Positions 56,963-64,000 of a stretch of DNA of 64,000 bases are shown in pieces. The DNA comes from an uncultured Candidatus Binatia bacterium (GTDB lineage: Bacteria; Desulfobacterota; Binatia; UBA9968; JAJDTQ01). The DNA is taken from NCBI GenBank assembly GCA_965213675.1, contig CBDCAF010000016.1:8871-72870 (forward strand), given 5' to 3'. Each line of letters starts with the position of its first letter. The first letter of the stretch is position 1. Made by a program: the position numbers and the translations under genes. The notes below the pieces were generated by a model that did not search any database, was not told where the DNA came from, and worked only from the letters and a program-made list of their open reading frames with translations.

Positions 56963-58666
56963 ATGGCCAGCTTCACTTCCGCGGAAATCCAACGCCTCGC
57001 GCCCTTCTTTACCAACCTCGACCGGCCCGTCTTCGGCCTGCGGCTGCCCCAGGAGGTGGCCGGGGCGCTCTTTTCGCGCTACAGCCGCTCGGGGAAAGAC
57101 CTCCGGCGCATGTTCCTGGACGAGTTCCTCGGCGACGCGGATCTGGGCCCCGCGCTCGACGCGCCGCGAACCGCGGGCCCGGACGACCCGGCAGTGCGCC
57201 GCGCCCGCGCCTTCTACCAGCGGGTGCTCGTTGGCTACGGCGACGACTCGGTGGCGCAACTCGGCGGCGCCCATGTCGCCTGTGAGGACATCTCCAACGT
57301 GGCGGCCAAGCACCTGGAGGACGCCCGCGTCGGCATGGCGCCGTTGGAGAAGTCCACGCGCTACGTGCGCTTCGACCGCAAGGACGCCAGCGGCCGCTAC
57401 CTGTTCTGCGTCGAACCGACCCTGGATGCGTCGCCGCACCGGCGCGACTACCTCGACCTCATGGAGATCTTGTTTGATACGTACTCGCGGCAGATGGAGC
57501 CCATGATCGAGCACGTGCGCAGGTCCCTGCCGTTGGAGCAGACCGAGTTGCGCAACCCGCGCACCGGGGCGCCCGTCTCCTATGCCGAGGCGCGCAAGGA
57601 CGAAAAGCTCGCCAAGTGGGCGGAGAGCGCCTACCGCTCCACCGTGCGCGCCCATGCGTGCGACATCCTGCGAGGCTATCTGCCGGCGGCGACTCGCACC
57701 AACGTGGGACTCTTCGGCGTCGGCCAGGCCTTCGAGTACCTTCTGACGAAGTGCTACTCCAGCGACCTCGCGGAATTGCGCGAGCTTGGCGCGGGCATGC
57801 GCCGGGAACTCGACGAACTGATCCCGTCCTTCGTGAAGCGGGCGCAGCCGAGCGCGTACCTGTCGGACACTTTCAGGCGGACACGGGCGCTGGCCCGGGA
57901 GCTCGCGGCCAGTGCGGCGCCAGGGAGCGGTCCCCCGGAGCCGGAGGCTCCCGTGACCCTCGTGGACTACGACGATCAGGCGGAGGAACGGGTCATTGCC
58001 GCCATCCTGTATCCGCACACGCGCCAACCCCTGTTGCGGTTGCGCGAGTTGGCGGCGGACATGTCGGCGGAGCGGCGGCAGGCGGTGCTCGACGCCTACA
58101 TGAAGGACCGCCGGCATCGGCGCGAGAAGCCCGGACGCGCGCTGGAGCAGGTGTTCTACACGTTCGATATCGTCGGAAACCTGGGCATCTACCGGGACAT
58201 GCAGCGGCACCGGCTACTCACCCAGGAACGCCAGGACTTCACCACCGCCCATGGCTACGAAACGCCCGCGGAAATCGTCGAGGCGGGATTCGAAGGAGAG
58301 TACCAGCGCTGCATGGAGCGCGCCGCGGAGGTCCACGACCGCATCCATACGGACTACCCGCGGGAAGCGCAGTACGTCGTGCCGTTCGCCTATCGGGTGC
58401 GCTGGTACATGAAGATGAACTTGCGGGAGGCCGTGCACATCGGCGAGTTGAGGACCCTGCCTCAGGGGCATCCCGATTACCGCCTCATCACTCAGAAGAT
58501 GTGGCGTGAGATCGGCAGGGTGCACCCGACGCTGGCAGGCTGCGCCCGGTTCATCGACTGGGGCACCTACCGCCTGGGCAGACTGGGGTCCGAACTCCGG
58601 TCCGAGTTCAAGGCCGCGGAGCTACCGGCTTCCACGAACCGCCCCGGGGGACCCGGGCGGGATTGA
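56963..58666 (+). CDS. Long-form ThyX-like (Thy1 family) FAD-dependent thymidylate synthase homologue
   Basis: 567 aa. FSRYSRS near the N-terminus and a divergent ThyX motif MQRHRLLTQERQ in the C-terminal half. More than twice the canonical ThyX length. Confidence 0.7.
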   Translation: MASFTSAEIQRLAPFFTNLDRPVFGLRLPQEVAGALFSRYSRSGKDLRRMFLDEFLGDADLGPALDAPRTAGPDDPAVRRARAFYQRVLVGYGDDSVAQLGGAHVACEDISNVAAKHLEDARVGMAPLEKSTRYVRFDRKDASGRYLFCVEPTLDASPHRRDYLDLMEILFDTYSRQMEPMIEHVRRSLPLEQTELRNPRTGAPVSYAEARKDEKLAKWAESAYRSTVRAHACDILRGYLPAATRTNVGLFGVGQAFEYLLTKCYSSDLAELRELGAGMRRELDELIPSFVKRAQPSAYLSDTFRRTRALARELAASAAPGSGPPEPEAPVTLVDYDDQAEERVIAAILYPHTRQPLLRLRELAADMSAERRQAVLDAYMKDRRHRREKPGRALEQVFYTFDIVGNLGIYRDMQRHRLLTQERQDFTTAHGYETPAEIVEAGFEGEYQRCMERAAEVHDRIHTDYPREAQYVVPFAYRVRWYMKMNLREAVHIGELRTLPQGHPDYRLITQKMWREIGRVHPTLAGCARFIDWGTYRLGRLGSELRSEFKAAELPASTNRPGGPGRD

Positions 58667-58716
58667 ACCCGCCCTGAATCACCCGCACAGACTCCGAACA
58701 GGGCCTGAATGGTGCG

Positions 58717-59151
58717 TTACGCGGCCTGGGGCCGCGCGGCGGCGCGTGCGGCCGCTTTCCGCGTCTTCCACTCTCGAAGGCCCCGGCGCAGATAGCTGGG
58801 CTCGATTCCCAGGATGCCGCAAACGGTTTCGAAGGAGACGAAACGGCTGTCATCCACATGGAAGATCCACTCTTCGGCTTCCCTGAAATCCTTTTGCCTC
58901 TTGGCGGTCCGAGCGAAAAGGTACTTTCGATAGCAGGAGAGGGCATCGTCGAGCAGAGCCAGCAGCAGGAGCTTTTCCGGCTCCAGCGGCGTCTTGCGCT
59001 GAAGGGTCTCCGCATACAGGACCGCGTCCACACCGTCGGCATCGAACAGCGTGAGCGCATCAAAAGCCTCCGCCGTCAAGCGTTCCCTGGATTGTTCCCC
59101 GGGTGCCATGGCCTTGGCGGCAACCTCCGTAGTTTTCGTGTCTTCCCTCAT
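58717..59151 (-). CDS. Hypothetical protein (144 aa)
   Basis: ORF with good codon GC3 bias, divergent from the MFS cluster. No motif recognised. Confidence 0.4.
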   Translation of the reverse strand: MREDTKTTEVAAKAMAPGEQSRERLTAEAFDALTLFDADGVDAVLYAETLQRKTPLEPEKLLLLALLDDALSCYRKYLFARTAKRQKDFREAEEWIFHVDDSRFVSFETVCGILGIEPSYLRRGLREWKTRKAAARAAARPQAA

Positions 59152-59424
59152 CGCCGTACCGTCCTTCCCTATTAGACCGCGGCCGGTTCCCTTTTCCAAC
59201 CATTTTATTATTGCTTTCAAATTACGTATCCAACCCGCCCAAGTCAAGATTTTCTTCGCGACTCCGCCGAAACCCACGCATGTTTTTCGTGGACGGCTGA
59301 CCGTCCGGCGCGCCGTGTACGCAAACCGCCGGCGGTGTTCGGGCGCGCCGTTTGCCATTCCCCCGGCGCACCAGTAAAGGGGAACCATCCGCTTCAAGGG
59401 CTTCCAGGAAACAGACCTGACATC

Positions 59425-60675
59425 GTGACGCGCAAGATCTTCCACGGCTGGCACCTCATCGGCGCGGCCGCGCTGACGTTTGGCTTCGTCCGCGGCCTGC
59501 ACACGTCCTTTCCGGTCTTCTTCGTGGCTCTCCTCGATACGTTCCACCGGAGCCGAGGGGTCACCGCCGGGATTCAGTCCGCCAGCCTCGTGATGGATGC
59601 CTTGGTGTCGCCCTTCATAGGACGGCTCACCGACCATCTGGGGCCACGGCGGGTGGTAGCCGCGGGCGGGGTGCTTCTGGCCGCCGGCCTGATGCTATGC
59701 AGCCAGGCGCGCACCGCGTGGGAGCTCTACCTCTACTTCGGTGTGGTGATGTCCCTGGGATTCGCGGCCAGCGGGGTGGTGCCCCACGTGGTGGTGGTGT
59801 CGGAGTGGTTCCCCACGCGCCGGGGGCTGGTGCTGGGCATTGTCTACGGGGCGGTGGGAGTGGGGACCCTCATCCTTTCCCCCCTCTGTCAGTGGCTGAT
59901 CTCGTTGTGGGGCTGGCCGCGGGTGTTCCAGGCGCTGGCGGCGGCCATCGTCATCGCCGTGCTGCCTCTGGTGTGGAGCACCTACCGCCCCAGTCCGGAC
60001 GATGCGCGGCCGCCGGTGAGAAGCGGCGGCGGCACGGACGCCGGCCAGTGGTCGGTTCGTCTGGCGTTGCGAAGCCTCCAGTTCTGGAGCCTGTTCATCT
60101 CGCGGATGCTGGGGTCCATCGGCACGGTGCTGGTCATCACCCATCAGGTGGCCCACGTAGTGGACATCGGCTACGGACACATCTGGGCCGCGGGGGTATT
60201 CGGCGTCATGGCGTTTGTCAGCGCCGCCGGCCGGGTCACCTTCGGCTACATCGCGGACACCCTGACGAAGACCACGGCCTACACTCTCAACGTCCTGTGC
60301 GCGTCCGTCGGGGTCACCGCCCTCATGATGGCTGCGGACACGGCTCACCCGTGGCTGCTTTACGTTTACGTGGGCGGCTTCGGCATCGCCTTCGGCTCGC
60401 GCGCCGTGATCCTCTCCGCCATTACCGCCGACATCTTCGCCGGCAGGGGCTTCGGGACCATCTTCGGCCTCTCCGTCGCCAGCGTGGGCTTTGGCGGAGC
60501 CATGGGCGCCTGGCTGGGGGGCGCGCTGCACGACCTCACGGGGAATTATTTCGCATCCTTCAGCGTGGCCAACGGACTCCTGATCGTCTCGGTCCTGGCG
60601 GTTTGGGTTACGAGCCTCGACTGGATGCGCCGCTTCGACCGGCGGTTGTGGCCGGAAAGCCGGCCCGGGGGATAG
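59425..60675 (+). CDS. MFS transporter (OFA-like), paralogue 1
   Basis: GTG start before RKIFHGWHLIG. 12 TM-like segments. Confidence 0.8.
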   Translation: MTRKIFHGWHLIGAAALTFGFVRGLHTSFPVFFVALLDTFHRSRGVTAGIQSASLVMDALVSPFIGRLTDHLGPRRVVAAGGVLLAAGLMLCSQARTAWELYLYFGVVMSLGFAASGVVPHVVVVSEWFPTRRGLVLGIVYGAVGVGTLILSPLCQWLISLWGWPRVFQALAAAIVIAVLPLVWSTYRPSPDDARPPVRSGGGTDAGQWSVRLALRSLQFWSLFISRMLGSIGTVLVITHQVAHVVDIGYGHIWAAGVFGVMAFVSAAGRVTFGYIADTLTKTTAYTLNVLCASVGVTALMMAADTAHPWLLYVYVGGFGIAFGSRAVILSAITADIFAGRGFGTIFGLSVASVGFGGAMGAWLGGALHDLTGNYFASFSVANGLLIVSVLAVWVTSLDWMRRFDRRLWPESRPGG

Positions 60676-60918
60676 GCGCCTCCCGTCAGACTCCCAAAGA
60701 ACCTCGGATCCATCGCGACAGCGGGCTCCAGCGAGGCCAGGCTTCGTGAAGCGGAATCGAACGGCGCCGGCCCCGCTCCCACGGACGCCCCACCAACGAT
60801 TGACTCCGGGGAGCCGATTGCCTAGTAAATCTGCCTGAGCCGATTGCGGTGGCCCGCCGCAGGGCCGGCCGTTGTCGCACCCGCGGCTTGCCGCGCGCCG
60901 AGGAAAGATACATGCACC

Positions 60919-62238
60919 GTGACCGCTGATTCCACGTATCCCGCCAGGAAACCGCGCCTTTTCCATGGCTGGTACATCGTCGGCGCCGGCTTTCTGACCA
61001 ACATCTCCTGCGCCTTCTTTCTATCCAGCACCCTGAGCGTCTTCCTGAAACCCGTCACCACCGATCTCGGCGTTTCCCGAGGCGTTTTCTCGCTCCTGCG
61101 CTCGGGCGAGCACCTCCTGTACGCCCTCATGGCGCCGTGGATCGGAGCCAAGCTGGACCAATACGGACCGCGGCGCATGATGGTTACCGGCGCGATCCTC
61201 TCGGCCGTCGGATTTCTGCTGCTCGGGCAGGCGGCTTCGTTCTGGGAGTTCGCCTCCGTACGCGTCACCCTGTTGGCCGTGGGCCACGCGCTGGTGTGTT
61301 ACTTCGTGGTGAACGTCACCGTGGCCCGGTGGTTCGTGCGGATGCGGGGGCGCGCCCTGGCCATTTCCCATCTGGGGCACGGCATCGCCAAGATAACCAT
61401 CTCCGCGGTGGTGGGCTGGTTGCTGACGTTCATCGCCTGGCGCCAGGTGTGGACCCTGTTCGGCGGGCTGGTGGTGGTACTGGCGGTCATACCGGTGGCC
61501 ATCTTCATGCGCCGAAGCCCGGAGGACATGGGGCTTCAGCCCGACGGGGGTGGCGACCCTATGGGGCGCCCGGGCGCAGGACAGGAACGGCGAGCCGGCG
61601 ACGGGGGCGCGCAGGAACAGGAAGTCCGCTGGACCCGGCAACAGGTGCGGCGTACGTCCACGTTCTGGTTGATCATCCTCGCCTTCGGCATGGTGGATGT
61701 GGGCATCACCGGCCTGAACCTCCATGTCGTCTCCTACGTATCGGACCTGGGATTCGGCCAGGTCCAGGCCGCTCTGACCATGACCGTGATCGCCGGCACG
61801 CAAGCGACCTCCGGCTTGCTGTGGGGTTTCGTCGGCGAGCGGGTGAGCGTCCGCAAGGTCGTTTCCCTCCTGTTTCTGGTGGAGGCCGCCGGTCTTTACC
61901 TGGCAGCGAACGCACAGGACCTCTCGGCCATCTACCTCGGTTTCTTCTTCTATGGACTGGGGCTTGGCGGCGCCCAGGTGCTAGAGGAAGTCATGTGGGC
62001 CAACTACTTCGGCCGGGTTTCGCTGGGTACCGTCCGTGGCGCCGCGCTTCAGATCGTCCTGCTGTGCGGCGTGTGCGGGCCGCCCTTCTTCGGTTTCGTG
62101 AACGACTACACCGGATCCTACGCGATCTCCTTCTACCTGTTCATCGGCATGCTGCTGGTGTCATCCGTGCTGACGCTGACGATACGGAGACCGCGCCTGC
62201 CGGCGGAGGCCGGAGCCATGGGACAGGGGAAACTCTGA
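60919..62238 (+). CDS. MFS transporter (OFA-like), paralogue 2
   Basis: RLFHGWYIVGAGF N-terminus. Highly similar to paralogue 3. The start is tentative (GTG 60919). Confidence 0.8.
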   Translation: MTADSTYPARKPRLFHGWYIVGAGFLTNISCAFFLSSTLSVFLKPVTTDLGVSRGVFSLLRSGEHLLYALMAPWIGAKLDQYGPRRMMVTGAILSAVGFLLLGQAASFWEFASVRVTLLAVGHALVCYFVVNVTVARWFVRMRGRALAISHLGHGIAKITISAVVGWLLTFIAWRQVWTLFGGLVVVLAVIPVAIFMRRSPEDMGLQPDGGGDPMGRPGAGQERRAGDGGAQEQEVRWTRQQVRRTSTFWLIILAFGMVDVGITGLNLHVVSYVSDLGFGQVQAALTMTVIAGTQATSGLLWGFVGERVSVRKVVSLLFLVEAAGLYLAANAQDLSAIYLGFFFYGLGLGGAQVLEEVMWANYFGRVSLGTVRGAALQIVLLCGVCGPPFFGFVNDYTGSYAISFYLFIGMLLVSSVLTLTIRRPRLPAEAGAMGQGKL

Positions 62239-62515
62239 TCCATGCGAGCAGTGGCGCGCCCTGTGTCAAGTCATGGGCTTGGCCGGAGCCGCCGGGCTGG
62301 GGAAGCTCCGATCAACCGCCGCCCGGAAAGATTGGCGCCCTTCGACAGACACGACACAGGCTTCGCGAAGCACAGTCGAAGAGCGCATGGATCATGGTGT
62401 CCCTGGCCTGAAGCGCGCATTCAGTCCGGACCACGGACCCGTGCGGGCGAGGCAAACCAGGAGCGAATTCGTCGCCCGGCATCACCTGCGGCGGTCCAGC
62501 TCAGGGCAAGAACAA

Positions 62516-63793
62516 ATGCGGACAACGGCAAGACCCAGGGTTTTCTACGGTTGGTATATCGTCGCCACCGGCTTTCTCGTGCAGGTGGCCTGCGCCTTCT
62601 ATCTGTCCAGCACCCTGGGCGTCATGCTCAAGTCCATTACGGCCGAGATGGGGGTTTCGCGGGGCACGTTCTCGCTGATGCGCTCCGCCGAGCTGGTGGC
62701 TTACGCCGGAGTCACACCCTGGATCGGCTCGTTGCTGGACCGTCACGGCGCCCGCCGGCTTATGGTCATCGGTTCGGTGATCTCGGTGGCGGGCTTTCTG
62801 CTGTTGGGCTACGCGCGGACCTTCTGGGAGTTCGCGGCCGTGCGCGTGGCCCTGGTCTCCATCGGCCACGCCTTCGTGTGCTATTTCGTGGTCAACGTCG
62901 CCATCTCCCGCTGGTTCATACGCCAGCGCGGCCGGGCGCTGGCCATCGCCCATCTGGGCCAGGGCGTTTCCAAGACCACCATCGCGCTGGTGGTCGCCTG
63001 GCTCCTGACCGCCATCGGGTGGCGTTCGGTGTGGACCCTGTTCGGCGGGCTGGTGGTGATTCTGGCCCTGATTCCGGCGGCGCTGTGGATGCGCCGGAGC
63101 CCGGAGGACATGGGGTTGCGCCCCGACGGCGATCCGGTCCATGCCGCAACCACGGCTCCGGACAGGCGCGGCCGGGCCGGCTCCCGCCCGGTGGGTCCGG
63201 CCCCCGAGGACGTCACCTGGACGCGCCGGGAAGCCCTGCACACCCCGACCTTCTGGCTCATCACCTTCATCTTCAGCACCGTCGATATCGGTATCGCCGG
63301 CTTCAACCTGCACGTGCTCGCCTACGTCTCGGACCTGGGCCACTCCACGTTGGCCGCGGCGTCCGTGGCCACGGTCATGGCCGCCACCCAGCTCGGCTCC
63401 GGACTCCTGTGGGGCTTCATCAGCGAGCGAGTCAGCGTGCGCCGGGCCACCGCGCTCATGTTCGTGGCTCAGGCCGCAGGCCTGGTGGTGGCCATGAAAA
63501 CCGGCGGCCTGCCGGGCCTGTACGTCGCGTTCTTCCTCTACGGCTCCGGCCTCGGCGGCGCCCATGTGCTACAGGAAGTCATGTGGGCCAACTACTTCGG
63601 CCGGATCTCCCTCGGCACCGTGCGCGGCCTCAGCCTGCCCATCCTCCTCCTCTGCGCCGCCATCGGCGCCCCGTTCTTCGGCTACCTCTACGACTACACC
63701 GGCAGCTACAACCTCTCCCTGGTGCTGTTCATCGGCGTGCAGATCTTGTGCGCCGGGCTGACCCTGCTGGTCAGGAGGCCGGTGAAGGCGTAG
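62516..63793 (+). CDS. MFS transporter (OFA-like), paralogue 3
   Basis: MRTTARPRVFYGWYIVATGF. Collinear similarity to paralogue 2, for example FWEFA(A/S)VRV...RRSPEDMGL(R/Q)PDG. Confidence 0.85.
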   Translation: MRTTARPRVFYGWYIVATGFLVQVACAFYLSSTLGVMLKSITAEMGVSRGTFSLMRSAELVAYAGVTPWIGSLLDRHGARRLMVIGSVISVAGFLLLGYARTFWEFAAVRVALVSIGHAFVCYFVVNVAISRWFIRQRGRALAIAHLGQGVSKTTIALVVAWLLTAIGWRSVWTLFGGLVVILALIPAALWMRRSPEDMGLRPDGDPVHAATTAPDRRGRAGSRPVGPAPEDVTWTRREALHTPTFWLITFIFSTVDIGIAGFNLHVLAYVSDLGHSTLAAASVATVMAATQLGSGLLWGFISERVSVRRATALMFVAQAAGLVVAMKTGGLPGLYVAFFLYGSGLGGAHVLQEVMWANYFGRISLGTVRGLSLPILLLCAAIGAPFFGYLYDYTGSYNLSLVLFIGVQILCAGLTLLVRRPVKA

Positions 63794-64000
63794 CCCGCAG
63801 GGTATTGAATGAACTTTACATATCTATTAAAAGGTTAACGATCGCTTCCGTAAGCCCGACCTTGCCTTGGCTATTGTACTTCTGAGGGCGTTGATAGCCG
63901 CGTTCAGGCGTCACAACAGGAGGATATCGTAAGGAACCGCTTGCCTTGTCCAAGGAGAATCGGGCCGTGTTGACCGCATGGGTCATCGACCCCGACCACG

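Noticed and set aside
63967-64000. Possible gene start: GTG 9 nt after AGGAG at the window edge.
   Set aside because: Only 11 codons are visible, too few to support a call.

Overview
GC-rich (by eye roughly two-thirds G+C) chromosomal segment from a diderm bacterium; LolA, DksA and an autotransporter are present. I cannot name the taxon from sequence alone. Most of the window is housekeeping: proC, dksA-like, lolA, ftsK, RNase J, plsC, hemH, nadK, recN, tRNA-Ala(GGC), glnA-amt, tkt-tal-rpe and a thyX-like gene. Many long antisense 'shadow' ORFs in the track are GC artefacts.

Four accessory or mobile patches interrupt this backbone.

1. About 13.8-22.8 kb: a visibly AT-richer defence island.
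- A two-gene module of a small DUF5678-like protein and a stand-alone retropepsin-like (DTGAS) aspartic protease.
- A type I R-M system (hsdR-hsdM-[MNT/HEPN]-hsdS).
- A decayed IS5-family element.
- Immediately next to the IS, a vestigial one-spacer type I-E-like CRISPR with no cas genes.

2. 26.9-30.5 kb: the normally adjacent nadK-recN pair is split by a CTAG-bounded cassette.
- It is delimited by three copies of a 39-bp terminal repeat: one complete 164-bp MITE plus one solo end.
- It carries a NalP/SphB1-like lipoprotein subtilisin autotransporter and a tiny HTH ORF.

3. 39-44.7 kb: a signalling supercluster (RsbW-RsbV-RR/PP2C, then SBP-histidine kinase). It is split by a 161-bp palindromic MITE-like element with a related copy at about 52.07 kb.

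4. 52.1-56.7 kb: a decayed island with a Mo-hydroxylase remnant, hicBA and a frameshifted integrase.

Other notable items:
- A circularly permuted ATP-grasp / alpha-E / transglutaminase triad next to glnA.
- A Fur-family box in front of a secreted AztD-like beta-propeller, divergent from a 53-aa repeat peptide.
- Three tandem MFS paralogues.

The best candidate for an undescribed system is the DUF5678-like/retropepsin pair at the head of the defence island. This is inference only.
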